From: an uncultured Gammaproteobacteria bacterium
GTDB lineage: Bacteria > Patescibacteriota > Patescibacteriia > UBA1558 > S5-K13
Assembly (NCBI GenBank): GCA_964634645.1
Contig: CAZWKI010000002.1
Coordinates: forward strand, 266-47,986
Reading direction: 5' to 3'
Length of the DNA: 47,721 bases
Part shown: one piece after another, positions 6,982 through 16,663 of the stretch
Position numbering within the stretch: the stretch's first letter is position 1
Layout of the letters: each line of letters begins with the position of its first letter
Position numbers and translations under genes: made by a program
The notes under the pieces: model-generated
The model's input: only the letters and a program-made list of their open reading frames with translations
Database searches by the model: none
Told to the model about the DNA's origin: nothing

Positions 6982-7386
6982 CTAATCTATATATTTCTCA
7001 TACATTTTTCTCTTTGCATCTTCTTGCCTTAACTTTGGAACTTTTACAAGATAGTGCTGAATAGCTGTAATAAGCCAAGATAACATTATTATCCACCACA
7101 AAATAAGTACAAACCTCATCTGGAAATATGGAATTCTTACTTTTCTAAAAAATATCAAAAATAAATTTATTACACCAGTTGTTATAGCAATGTCTGATAT
7201 CTTTATAATAAGAGATTTCTGGTATCTATCAATTTTCTTTCTAAACCAGGATTTTTTTATTAAATACTCTTTTATTATAAGAGAGAAAACTAGTAAAAAA
7301 ATAGAGGTCGAAATAATAACAACAAAAGTGCTATTTTTTAAAATGGGTGGATAAGCGTCAAATAAATATTGAAAATATATGTCCAT
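6982..7386 (-). CDS. hypothetical integral membrane protein
   Basis: 134-aa ORF with several TM segments, abutting the methyltransferase gene. Confidence 0.6.
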   Translation of the reverse strand: MDIYFQYLFDAYPPILKNSTFVVIISTSIFLLVFSLIIKEYLIKKSWFRKKIDRYQKSLIIKISDIAITTGVINLFLIFFRKVRIPYFQMRFVLILWWIIMLSWLITAIQHYLVKVPKLRQEDAKRKMYEKYID

Positions 7387-7947
7387 TTATTTTTTCTTAA
7401 ATATTAATCCAAAATGATATTGACCGGCTTGAAACTCTTTTAAAAGACTTAGATTCAATGCGTCAGAAAGTCCCTTGATATAATTTGGGTCAACACGCTT
7501 GCTCCCTTGTGGTCCAAGTGGTGTTCCAATTCCCATCCAATCAATTATCAAAATTTTTCCTTCTTTTTTTATAAGTCTTGTAGCTTCCTTTAGTATATTT
7601 GGAATATTTGCTGACTGATAAAGCACATTTATAAGCATTACTAAATCAATTGAATTCTCTGGAATTTTTGTTGCTCCATATATCTCTAAATCACTCCAAA
7701 TTGTTTTAACATTATCAAATCCATTTGATTTGGCGTGACTCTCAACAGATGACAAAACTTCTTTTAGGACATCAACAGCATAAACAAGGCCTTTGTCTCC
7801 TACTATTCTTGCAGCCTGAAAAGAAAAATATGCCTTGGGTCCACATCCTAGTCCTGCTACGGTCTGACCATAACTCAATTCGGCAATTTTCTCCAAAATA
7901 TCTTTTGGATTTAATAATTGATTTCCACCCGCTTGTTTATCGTACAT
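7387..7947 (-). CDS. class I SAM-dependent methyltransferase
   Basis: Motif I VAGLGCGPK and a D-V acidic loop. Confidence 0.8.
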   Translation of the reverse strand: MYDKQAGGNQLLNPKDILEKIAELSYGQTVAGLGCGPKAYFSFQAARIVGDKGLVYAVDVLKEVLSSVESHAKSNGFDNVKTIWSDLEIYGATKIPENSIDLVMLINVLYQSANIPNILKEATRLIKKEGKILIIDWMGIGTPLGPQGSKRVDPNYIKGLSDALNLSLLKEFQAGQYHFGLIFKKK

Positions 7948-8123
7948 AAAATTGTATAATTAGATTATTAAAAATTTTATATTATGTCAAGCTAGCTATA
8001 GAGCCACATAGCTACGTAGATCATATATTTTTAATAATGAAAAACCAATACACCAACTTGCTAACTTGCTAATATCATTATATTATTTACTTATAAAAGA
8101 ATCAATCTAATTTATGAATTTTT

Positions 8124-8759
8124 ATGAATTTTAATTTAGGAATTTTGATTATTACAATTGCTTTTTTGGGATATTTTAGCAATTTTTTAAATGGAAAATA
8201 CTTAAATTTTTTTCCAATAAACTTATTGTACTATCTTGGATCTCTTATTCATGAAGGTTCTCATGCAATTGCCTGCATTATAACTAGGGCAAAAATAAAA
8301 AGAATATCAATATTTTCAACTCAACCACAAGTAACACACAATAAATCCAAAATTCCAATCATTGGACAAATGCTAATATCTCTTGCACCAATTGCGGGGG
8401 GTGTAATTTTTCTTTATTTTATAAATCATTTATTATTAAAAGATTATGTTCGTATAGAAAACGTGTCTTCTTTTATTGATGTTATAAAATCTCCTTTTTT
8501 AATTATTTCTCAAATAAATATATTGGAGTGGGAAGGCATAATGCTTATTTTATTGTGTCTCAATATTGGCTCTATGATTGGTCCGTCAATACAAGATTTG
8601 AAAAATATTTGGTTGATATTAATTGTAATGTTTTTTATCAAATGGGCACTCTTAACAAAAATATTCTTAATAATTATAACTCTAATAATAACAAACATAA
8701 TAATTCAACTTACGCTTATTGTTATAAAAAGTATTATGTCTCCAAGAAAAAAATACTAG
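8124..8759 (+). CDS. membrane protein with an HExxH motif (putative zinc metalloprotease)
   Basis: HEGSHAIAC within a polytopic protein. Confidence 0.55.
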   Translation: MNFNLGILIITIAFLGYFSNFLNGKYLNFFPINLLYYLGSLIHEGSHAIACIITRAKIKRISIFSTQPQVTHNKSKIPIIGQMLISLAPIAGGVIFLYFINHLLLKDYVRIENVSSFIDVIKSPFLIISQINILEWEGIMLILLCLNIGSMIGPSIQDLKNIWLILIVMFFIKWALLTKIFLIIITLIITNIIIQLTLIVIKSIMSPRKKY

Positions 8760-9031
8760 TCCAAGTGAATAATTATGGCTCCTTCACCTCCTTCGTTTAT
8801 CTTTGCGTTTGAAAACACGTATCCATTTTTGAGTAAAAAATCCTCAACGTGTTTTTTCAAAATTCCTATTCCATCTTTTGAATGAATTCCTCGCCCAGTA
8901 ATGATTTTTAATTTTTTGTAATTTTTTGATTTAGAATAAGACAAAAAATCTACAATTTCTATTGTGGCTTCTATTTTTGTTTTTCCGTGAAGATCAAGTT
9001 CGTCATCAATTGGTTTCAAGTATTTGTTCAT
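8756..9031 (-). CDS. Smr-domain protein
   Basis: LDLHGKT...ITGRGIHS motifs. Confidence 0.8.
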   Translation of the reverse strand: MNKYLKPIDDELDLHGKTKIEATIEIVDFLSYSKSKNYKKLKIITGRGIHSKDGIGILKKHVEDFLLKNGYVFSNAKINEGGEGAIIIHLD

Positions 9032-9038
9032 AGCAATA

Positions 9039-9067
9039 TTGACAAATATTTTTGAGTGTGCTATACT
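9039..9067 (+). promoter_or_regulatory. sigma70-type promoter TTGACA-N17-TATACT
   Basis: Hexamers at 9039-9044 and 9062-9067. Confidence 0.6.
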
Positions 9068-9073
9068 CCCTAG

Positions 9074-9221
9074 TTAAGTAAAAAACAAGGAAATCTCTAC
9101 ATTTCTGCATCCACGACAAGCATGGGAATTCCTCTTAAGATATTTTCCGGCGATTACCTAGTAATTCGCTTGAAAAGTTCTTAAAGTAATTTTCTTGGAT
9201 GCAGTAATATGGAGATTTTTA
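9074..9221 (+). ncRNA. candidate structured ncRNA: about 130-nt rod-like hairpin, identity unknown
   Basis: 9091-9097 pairs with 9212-9218, and 9105-9113 pairs with 9196-9204 (9 bp perfect). Inner helices lie at 9134-9146/9173-9186 and 9150-9157/9061-9069-type apical stem. Ends in a T-run. Confidence 0.4.
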
Positions 9222-9355
9222 TTGACTTATTATATAATTATGATATTATGTAATTAGGCTAGTATATTGTTATTATACTAGTTTTTTTAAAAATTAATAG
9301 TTATTATTAAATTAATTGGATAGCTAATAAACTAAATAGCTAACCCACTAACAAT

Positions 9356-10594
9356 ATGTTTGGAAACATAGAAGAAATAAAACAAGCAATACAAAATATT
9401 TGTGAAGAAAAAAACATCTCAATAGAATCCGTTATTGAAGGTATTGAAGCTGCTCTTGCGGCTGCTTTTAGAAAAGATTTTGGAGACAAAAATCAAAACT
9501 TAAAGGCAAAATTTAATATCGAAACTGGTGATGTTGAAATATATGACATTAAAACAGTTGTAGAAGATAGGGATGTAGAAAAAGAAAATGAAGAATACAT
9601 GAAAATAAAGGAATCTCTAAAAGAGGGCGAGGAAATGCCAGAAAACATAAAAAGGTTCAATCCAAAAACCGAAATTATGTTAAGCGATGCAAAAGAGCAT
9701 AATAAAAAATTAAAGCTTGGGGATGAATTAATAATAAAATTAGAAATTCCTGATGATTTTGGAAGAGTAGCGGCCCAAACAGCAAAACAAGTTATAATTC
9801 AAAAAATTAGAGAAGCAGAAAGAGAAACAATAATAAGCGAATTTCAAGGAAAAGAAGGCGAGGTTGTAAACACGACTGTTCAACGTAGAGAAGGACCAAA
9901 TATCATAGTTGATCTAAATAGAGCAACCGGCGTACTTCCACAAGAAGAGCAAGTAAGAACAGACAATTATTCAATTGGTTCAAGACTAAAAGTTATAATA
10001 TTAAAGACAGAAGACACTCCAAGAGGGCCAAGAATTGTTGTCTCACGTGCTCACCCTGAAATAATCAATAAAATATTTACAATTGAAGTTCCAGAAATTG
10101 CAAATGGAATTGTTGAAATAAAGGCAATATCAAGAGATCCTGGTTTTAGAACAAAAATTGCAGTATCAAGTAATCAAGAAAACATTGACCCCGTTGGGTC
10201 CTGTGTCGGACAAAAAGGATCAAGGGTTCAAACAATAATTGCTGAGCTTGGTGGAGAAAAAATAGATATAATAGAATGGAATAGTGACCCGCTTACATTC
10301 ATAAAAAATGCTCTTTCTCCTGCAAAAATATTAAACATTGAATTAAATAAAGACGAAAAAACAGCTATTGTAAAAGTAGAAGAAGATCAACTCTCTCTTG
10401 CAATTGGAAAAGAAGGTCAAAATGTAAAGCTTGCGGCTAAACTAACTGGATGGAAAATTGATATAGAGGGTGCTGAAAAATTTATAACACCAAACAAAGA
10501 TGAAAAAAATGAATCAGAAATACAAGTCGATGAAAAAGCCGATGTCGATGAAAAAGCCGAAAAAAAATCAAACAAAAAAAAGAAGAAGGAATAG
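9356..10594 (+). CDS. nusA: transcription termination/antitermination factor NusA
   Basis: N-terminal domain, S1 domain and two KH domains (GSCVGQKGSRVQ, AIGKEGQNVKLA). Confidence 0.9.
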   Translation: MFGNIEEIKQAIQNICEEKNISIESVIEGIEAALAAAFRKDFGDKNQNLKAKFNIETGDVEIYDIKTVVEDRDVEKENEEYMKIKESLKEGEEMPENIKRFNPKTEIMLSDAKEHNKKLKLGDELIIKLEIPDDFGRVAAQTAKQVIIQKIREAERETIISEFQGKEGEVVNTTVQRREGPNIIVDLNRATGVLPQEEQVRTDNYSIGSRLKVIILKTEDTPRGPRIVVSRAHPEIINKIFTIEVPEIANGIVEIKAISRDPGFRTKIAVSSNQENIDPVGSCVGQKGSRVQTIIAELGGEKIDIIEWNSDPLTFIKNALSPAKILNIELNKDEKTAIVKVEEDQLSLAIGKEGQNVKLAAKLTGWKIDIEGAEKFITPNKDEKNESEIQVDEKADVDEKAEKKSNKKKKKE

Positions 10595-10814
10595 TGGCCT
10601 ACATAAAAAATAAACTTTTAAAAAACATGGCATGTTTTATACCCATGTTTTTTGTTTGATTTTTACTATTTAATAACTATTTATTATGACAAATTTGAAA
10701 GCAAGAATCAAGTTGACATGAGCCCTATTAAGCCTTAAAATTATGTTAGTAATTGTCGAGCTTGACTCGACTTAGACACTAAATACTAATAACTAAACAC
10801 TAATAAATAATTCT

Positions 10815-11234
10815 ATGTTTAAAAAAGAAGATATGCATAACGTAAAAAATACCGAAACAATAATCGGCGAATCTGTTGTTGTAGAAGGAGATTTCAATGG
10901 TCACGGAAATGTTGTTATAGATGGCAAATTGATAGGTTCGTTTGTAACTGATGGTCACGTCTTAATAGGGGACAAGGCAGAAATAAATGCAAATATAGTG
11001 GCAAATAGTGCTTTTATTTCTGGTGCTGTAACTGGAAATGTTGATATAAATGAGGCGCTTGATATTGCTAGTAATGCAAAAATAAAGGGGGATATAAAAG
11101 CAAGCTCTATTGCAATTGAGGCCGGATGCGAAATAGATGGTCACGTTAATATCAACAAAAAACACCGCAAAGAAAATCCAAATCAAATTGAAATGGAAAT
11201 AAACACAAAAAACAAAAAAGAAGATTTAAAATAA
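10815..11234 (+). CDS. bactofilin-family polymer-forming protein
   Basis: Repetitive beta-helix pattern (G.V.G. units), typical of the CcmA/DUF583 family. Confidence 0.75.
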   Translation: MFKKEDMHNVKNTETIIGESVVVEGDFNGHGNVVIDGKLIGSFVTDGHVLIGDKAEINANIVANSAFISGAVTGNVDINEALDIASNAKIKGDIKASSIAIEAGCEIDGHVNINKKHRKENPNQIEMEINTKNKKEDLK

Positions 11235-11279
11235 TTTTCTACACCTTATATTTTTCAAAATCCATGACCAATTAAGCTT

Positions 11280-12020
11280 ATGTATTTATATATATATGAT
11301 TCTTGCCTAAAAGATAAAAAATACAAAAAGATTCTTAACAAAATTGAGAATTCAATTATTGATCTTGATATAAAAGGAAAAATATTTCAACTAAATCTTC
11401 TAAAAAATATATCTGAATTTATAAAAGATGAAATGAAGCGGGGCGCACACACCGTAGTAGCCGTTGGTAACGACAAAACATTTAGTCACACCCTAGAAAA
11501 TATTATATCCAAAAATATAGCAATAGGATATATTCCAATTGATTCAAAGAGCAGATTTGCGAATTTTTTTGGGATTCCTTGTGAAGAATTAGCGTGCAAT
11601 GTTGTAAGCGGAAGAATAATAAAACAGATAGACGTGGGTCAAATAAATCAAAAATTTTTTCTACACTCTGTTGTTTTAAACAGCACAAATAACATTGTAA
11701 TAAAAATAGATAAATTTAAAATTAAAGCAGAGTCTGGCGATAAAATTACAATAAAAAATATTGACCTAGAAAACGATGACGAGGTGTGTAAATCGAACCC
11801 AACAGATGAAACTCTTGAAATGCTAATAGAAAAACCCGGCAACATATTTTCAAAAAACTCTACTCACAGTTTGTTCAAAACAAAAAACATATCTATAATA
11901 TCTGAATCAGAATCTATTCCAATGATTTTTGATGAATATCAATCAATAAATACGCCAGTAAAAATTTCTGTTGCAAAGGAGAAGTTAAATATAATAGTTG
12001 GTAGTAATAGAAAATTTTAG
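11280..12020 (+). CDS. diacylglycerol/lipid kinase-like (YegS/BmrU family) protein, divergent
   Basis: VVAVGNDKTF and GYIPIDS resemble the DAGK catalytic-domain motifs. Confidence 0.55.
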   Translation: MYLYIYDSCLKDKKYKKILNKIENSIIDLDIKGKIFQLNLLKNISEFIKDEMKRGAHTVVAVGNDKTFSHTLENIISKNIAIGYIPIDSKSRFANFFGIPCEELACNVVSGRIIKQIDVGQINQKFFLHSVVLNSTNNIVIKIDKFKIKAESGDKITIKNIDLENDDEVCKSNPTDETLEMLIEKPGNIFSKNSTHSLFKTKNISIISESESIPMIFDEYQSINTPVKISVAKEKLNIIVGSNRKF

Positions 12021-12108
12021 TGTTTAGATTTTAAGATTTAGTATTTATTTAAAGAACACCTAAAAAAGGTGCTTTTGTTTTTATGTTTGAAATTCTAAAG
12101 CCTAAACT

Positions 12109-12858
12109 CTACTTCACATCAATTACTTCTGGTGCCTTAGTGTTTTTTTCCATATCTCTATTTACAATATATTGTTCTAATGCACCAAAAAGAGTCATAA
12201 CAAACCAATAAAGAGCGAGTCCGCCTGGAAGAGTTGCGCTAATTACAACTGTTATAATTGGCATTGTATACATCATTTGTTTATTCATTGTTTCCATCAT
12301 TCCTGGTTCTTTTTTCTCTTCATTAACTTTATGAATTTTCTTTTTTGACATCAAAAGTCTTGTTTGCCAAAATTGCGCTATACCAGCTAGAACACCTAAA
12401 AATATCTGTGGTTTTGAAAGATCAAGCCATGACAAACCAAACATTGTAGTATTTATTGTTCCTGGATTTGCAACAAAACTATATAATTCTTGAAAATCAT
12501 TTGTCCTAAGACCGCTTCTAAGAACCTGATATACGGCTATTATAATAGGAAACTGTATCAAAAGGGGAAGACACGATGAAAATGGACTAATTTTTTCTTT
12601 TTTATATAGCGCAAGAGTTTCTTGGGCTAATTTTTCTTTTTGATCTTTGTATTGTTCTTTAATTGCTTCTATTTTTGGCTGTAGTGTTTGAAGTGCTCTT
12701 TGAGATTTTGCTGATTTTCTTGATAGTGGGTGCAAAATAAGTTTTATGATAACTGAAATTATTATTATAGCAATTCCAATATCTGGAATTAAATTATAAA
12801 AAAATATCAATAGATTAAATATTGGTTGATAAAGTAGGTTGTGAAACAAAGTACCCAT
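12109..12858 (-). CDS. yidC: membrane protein insertase YidC
   Basis: Short Gram-positive-type YidC. Conserved rpmH-rnpA-yidD-yidC context. Confidence 0.85.
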   Translation of the reverse strand: MGTLFHNLLYQPIFNLLIFFYNLIPDIGIAIIIISVIIKLILHPLSRKSAKSQRALQTLQPKIEAIKEQYKDQKEKLAQETLALYKKEKISPFSSCLPLLIQFPIIIAVYQVLRSGLRTNDFQELYSFVANPGTINTTMFGLSWLDLSKPQIFLGVLAGIAQFWQTRLLMSKKKIHKVNEEKKEPGMMETMNKQMMYTMPIITVVISATLPGGLALYWFVMTLFGALEQYIVNRDMEKNTKAPEVIDVK

Positions 12859-12881
12859 ATTATTTTATTTATTATTTATCT

Positions 12882-12898
12882 ACCTACCGGTAGGCAGG
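12882..12898. repeat. 17-nt palindromic mini-element ACCTACCGGTAGGCAGG
   Basis: Flanked by TTATCT and TTATTT. Overlaps the yidD stop region. Confidence 0.6.
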
Positions 12899-13165
12899 TT
12901 ATTTTAAAGGATCGTAACCACCACGAGACAATGGATTACATTTGATAATTCTCTTTATTGATAAGTATGAACCTTTGAAAATTCCGTATTTATCAATCGC
13001 ATCATATGAATATTTTGAACAATTTGGATAATATCTACAGCAACCAGCCGGATATTTGTAAGAAAACCATCCGGAATCAGGAGAAAGCGTTTTTTGATAT
13101 AATTTTATTAGGTATAGTGCAAATTTTTTCAACCCGTTAAATATTATTTTTTTATATGGAATCAT
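12899..13165 (-). CDS. yidD: membrane protein insertion efficiency factor YidD
   Basis: CRYYPNCSKYSYDAI motif and gene context. Confidence 0.85.
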   Translation of the reverse strand: MIPYKKIIFNGLKKFALYLIKLYQKTLSPDSGWFSYKYPAGCCRYYPNCSKYSYDAIDKYGIFKGSYLSIKRIIKCNPLSRGGYDPLK

Positions 13166-13209
13166 AAAATCATGTTTTAGTCCGTTAAGTATAAATTATT
13201 TAACGGATT

Positions 13210-13551
13210 TCATTTGAATAATTTTGATCTTTTTATAATAAAAATTAATTCTTCTTGTATTTTTATGTAATCTAATTTCAAGACGCCCGATTTAGCAAAA
13301 AAAATAATGTTATAGCCCGATTTAATATTTGAAATATTTTTTCTTATTATTTCACTCATTCTTCTTTTTATCAAGTTTCTGTCTACCGCTTTCTTTGAAA
13401 CCTTTTTTGATATTACAAAAGCAAATTTACTATTCTCTTCATTGTTTTTAATATAACGCAAAATAAAATTTATGCTATAAAACTTATGTCTTGATTTGAA
13501 TATTGCATCAAAATCCTTCTTGAATCTTAATCTATATTGTTTTGCAAGCAT
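13210..13551 (-). CDS. rnpA: ribonuclease P protein component
   Basis: Basic 113-aa protein lying between rpmH and yidD. Confidence 0.8.
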   Translation of the reverse strand: MLAKQYRLRFKKDFDAIFKSRHKFYSINFILRYIKNNEENSKFAFVISKKVSKKAVDRNLIKRRMSEIIRKNISNIKSGYNIIFFAKSGVLKLDYIKIQEELIFIIKRSKLFK

Positions 13552-13559
13552 AATAAAAA

Positions 13560-13697
13560 TTAAGCGCTAAGTTTTTTTCTGCCCTTTGCTCTTCTTTTAC
13601 TTATTACTCTTTTTCCGCCCTTACTAGACATTCTTTTCATAAAACCATGTCTCCTTGCTCTTTTTTTCTTTTTTGGTTGATAGGTTCTTTTTGGCAT
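13560..13697 (-). CDS. rpmH: 50S ribosomal protein L34
   Basis: Hand translation gives [45 protein letters not shown] (45 aa, below the ORF-track cutoff). Confidence 0.9.
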   Translation of the reverse strand: MPKRTYQPKKKKRARRHGFMKRMSSKGGKRVISKRRAKGRKKLSA

Positions 13698-13794
13698 ATT
13701 ATTTATAAATTATTTACTTATTAATTTTGTATTCTAATTACACTTCAATATAACAATAAAATCTACTTTGGTCAACATATAAACAAACGCGTCG

Positions 13795-14487
13795 CTAATA
13801 TGTTTTAAGGCTTTTAATGACGGAAATCAAATTTTCGAAATATCTATTTTCTTCCATTTTTGGGCTTTGCGCATTTAATATATATAAATCTTTATCAATA
13901 TTTAAATAATACTCTTTAATTTTTAACGTTTCATCTAATATTTCTTGCCACCAAAAAATAAAACCATCTATTTCTTCTTTATTCAATTTTTGTAGATCAT
14001 GATTTTTATTTAACCAATCATTGAATGTCTGTTTGACTAATTCTTGTTTCGAAATACTCAAATTCGTATCTTTGTTATCTTCATAATACAAATAAATTTC
14101 CTGTTTTTTGCTATCATAATTTTTTTTCATTATAGAATCGTAGCTAAACTCTATTTTCCATGGCTCGTGTTGATAGGAAACACTGTTAATTGTAGATGTG
14201 GCAAAGTTTATTCTATTTATTACTTCTTCAATTGCTTTTTTTTTGATTTCTTCTTCTTTTTGTAATTCACCTATGGTTTTGTTTTTTAGTTCGTCTATTT
14301 TGTTTCCAATTATATTTTTAATAGATACCCCTTTAAAACTATTCTCTAAGTCTTCTTTCACACTATAGATTTCTTCTCCCAATCCAAAATTTAATTTGTT
14401 TTTTTTAAAATTCAAAAAAAACCATAAAAACATTATTATTATAAAAAATAATAAAACAAAAAATACTAGTTGAAATTTATTTTTCAT
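13795..14487 (-). CDS. hypothetical membrane-anchored protein
   Basis: N-terminal TM segment. Overlaps the upstream gene by 4 nt. Confidence 0.6.
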   Translation of the reverse strand: MKNKFQLVFFVLLFFIIIMFLWFFLNFKKNKLNFGLGEEIYSVKEDLENSFKGVSIKNIIGNKIDELKNKTIGELQKEEEIKKKAIEEVINRINFATSTINSVSYQHEPWKIEFSYDSIMKKNYDSKKQEIYLYYEDNKDTNLSISKQELVKQTFNDWLNKNHDLQKLNKEEIDGFIFWWQEILDETLKIKEYYLNIDKDLYILNAQSPKMEENRYFENLISVIKSLKTY

Positions 14488-15125
14488 TTTTGCCTATTTA
14501 ATATAACCAATTTAAGCTCTTCACTTGAAAAATTGTCTTTACTTGCCTTAAATTCATCTATATTTTCTGGATTAAGACTTATTTTTTTTATAAAATTATC
14601 TACACCGTCTAAATCTATCTTAATTCCTGGAATCTTATAATGCATTGGTATTACAACCCTTGGTTCTATATCGCTTATTATTTCGCTTGCATTTTCTGCA
14701 TTTATTGTATATTTTCCTCCTATGGGAATAAGTAAAACATCGACATCATCAAGAAATTCAAGTTGTTCATCTGTAAGTTGTTTTTGGCCTAAATCACTTA
14801 GGTGTGCAACTTTTATATTATCTTCTTCTATAAGATACATTGTAATCATTCCTAGTTTCAAACCATTTTGATCATCGTGATAAGCTGTTTTTCCATAAAT
14901 AAAAACTCCTTTTTTTTCAAATTCTCCGGGACCATCAATTACGAGCGGATCCCCACTTATAGCCCTTAAATTATTATGATCTTCGTGTTTATGTGTTATA
15001 AGCACAACCTCAGATTTCATTTTCGGCAATTTTAATCCCGTTGAATCATCATATGGATCAATAATAATGTCCATTTCTTTGCATTTTAATTTGAAACAAG
15101 ATTGCCCGTACCAACTTATTTTCAT
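14484..15125 (-). CDS. metallo-beta-lactamase-fold hydrolase (UPF0173-like)
   Basis: THKHEDH motif. Confidence 0.8.
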   Translation of the reverse strand: MKISWYGQSCFKLKCKEMDIIIDPYDDSTGLKLPKMKSEVVLITHKHEDHNNLRAISGDPLVIDGPGEFEKKGVFIYGKTAYHDDQNGLKLGMITMYLIEEDNIKVAHLSDLGQKQLTDEQLEFLDDVDVLLIPIGGKYTINAENASEIISDIEPRVVIPMHYKIPGIKIDLDGVDNFIKKISLNPENIDEFKASKDNFSSEELKLVILNRQK

Positions 15126-15137
15126 ATTGTTTATTTA

Positions 15138-15163
15138 TCCCACCAAAGCTTGGCTCGGCGGGA
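15138..15163. repeat. GC-rich hairpin TCCCACCAAAGCTTGGCTCGGCGGGA
   Basis: Member of the hairpin family. Intergenic. Confidence 0.55.
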
Positions 15164-15225
15164 ATAATTAGTTATTAAAAAATAAATATTTAATATTTAC
15201 AATATAATACACAATGAATTAGAGA

Positions 15226-15537
15226 TTAGTCAAAAACATTTCGAAGATTAATTGGTTTTCTGATATTATTTTTTGAATTCAAAATTTCACTTATGTTTTT
15301 TATTTCACTAAAAAAATTTTGTAGCGTTGCCCCATCAGTATCACTAAGTTTATTTTCATTTTTTCTTTTGTCTATCAACAATTGTTCGTTTTCCATTAAA
15401 TCGTATACATTATTTTTTATGATTATTCCGATGTACACAAAGAAATAACTAAAAATCAAAAAAATTACAATATATAAATATATTTTTATTTTTTTTAAAG
15501 AAAATAATTTTTTAAATTTTTTATTATTTTTTTTCAT
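15226..15537 (-). CDS. small single-TM protein, last gene of the pilus operon
   Basis: Overlaps the pilO-like gene by 14 nt. Confidence 0.55.
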   Translation of the reverse strand: MKKNNKKFKKLFSLKKIKIYLYIVIFLIFSYFFVYIGIIIKNNVYDLMENEQLLIDKRKNENKLSDTDGATLQNFFSEIKNISEILNSKNNIRKPINLRNVFD

Positions 15538-16144
15538 ATTCTTTCAAATATACATCTAATAATATTGTTGTGTTTATATTTGTTTCTGTATTTAGGGTAT
15601 TGGTAATGAATTCAATATTGGAAATAGAATTTGAACCAGCGGCATTGGCTGATGATTTTATAAGCTCTATTGATCTAATATTAATATAATATTTCATTGA
15701 TTCTAATTCCGATATGTAGTTAATCGTATTTTTAAAATTTCCAGAAGAATTTAATTTTATAGATAATTTTTGATATTTATCAGTGCATATGTTGTCATAG
15801 TTTATATTGGATTTTTGATCAATCTTATTTCTAATTGCAAGATCTTCTAAATCTTTTATAAAATCAACTAATCCTTGGTCTTTTTTTATAAAAAATCTGT
15901 CTATCATTGAAAGTTCATTTTCTATAGAATCAAGATCTTTTTCTAACTTTTTTTCCATATTCATATTTTCAAAATACTGGTCTGTTGCAATCCTTTGATC
16001 AATTATTGAAATGCTCGTTTTTTTTATGTAATCTATTGATGGAATTATAACAAAATATATCAAAACTATAGTTACAACAATGTAAAATAATATCGAAAAG
16101 ATAATTGCATTATTTGTGTTAGTTTTTTTTGTATCTTTTTTCAT
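15524..16144 (-). CDS. pilO: PilO-like pilus assembly protein
   Basis: N-terminal TM plus coiled coil. Position after pilM-pilN. Confidence 0.6.
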   Translation of the reverse strand: MKKDTKKTNTNNAIIFSILFYIVVTIVLIYFVIIPSIDYIKKTSISIIDQRIATDQYFENMNMEKKLEKDLDSIENELSMIDRFFIKKDQGLVDFIKDLEDLAIRNKIDQKSNINYDNICTDKYQKLSIKLNSSGNFKNTINYISELESMKYYINIRSIELIKSSANAAGSNSISNIEFITNTLNTETNINTTILLDVYLKEYEKK

Positions 16145-16662
16145 AAGAATTTAATATTCATTTTCGCATCAAAATTTATATTTTCTCTATCTGATAAATT
16201 TTTAATTGGAAAATTCAAATTAGAAAAATCCTGAGATTCTTCTAATAATTTTTTGAAATCCAATAAATCTTGCCTTGTTTTGGCAATTCCCTTTAGTGTT
16301 AATTCGTTGCTGTCTTTATTTAATTGCATTGAAGACAAAGAAATATTTGGATTAATACTTGAAATAATATTTTCTAAATTTTTTGTCCAATTCACTTGAT
16401 CGGCTTGTATTTGTTTTACTTGTTCAACTTCAGTTAAAATATCTTTGAGTTCTCCTGAAGAAGTTTGTGTTTTTTGTATTGATAAATTATTACTTGTCGC
16501 ATTTGCTTGTAATTCTAGTATGATTCTAGATAAAAAAATAATGGCCGACAAAATTATTGTAAGAAAAAATAGCAAAGAGCTTATCCTTTGTATAAATTTA
16601 TATAATTTTATACGCTTCAGGCTGTTTTTTAATTCTTGTGGTAATATATTTATATTTAACAT
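16141..16662 (-). CDS. pilN: PilN-like pilus assembly protein
   Basis: INILP N-terminal motif plus TM segment. Follows pilM. Confidence 0.7.
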   Translation of the reverse strand: MLNINILPQELKNSLKRIKLYKFIQRISSLLFFLTIILSAIIFLSRIILELQANATSNNLSIQKTQTSSGELKDILTEVEQVKQIQADQVNWTKNLENIISSINPNISLSSMQLNKDSNELTLKGIAKTRQDLLDFKKLLEESQDFSNLNFPIKNLSDRENINFDAKMNIKFL

Positions 16663-16663
16663 A

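Noticed and set aside
6941-6987. Telomere repeat (CCCTAAA)
   Set aside because: The tract is short, degenerate and internal to the sequence, and sits in a bacterial context. I treated it as a low-complexity leader or intergenic motif.
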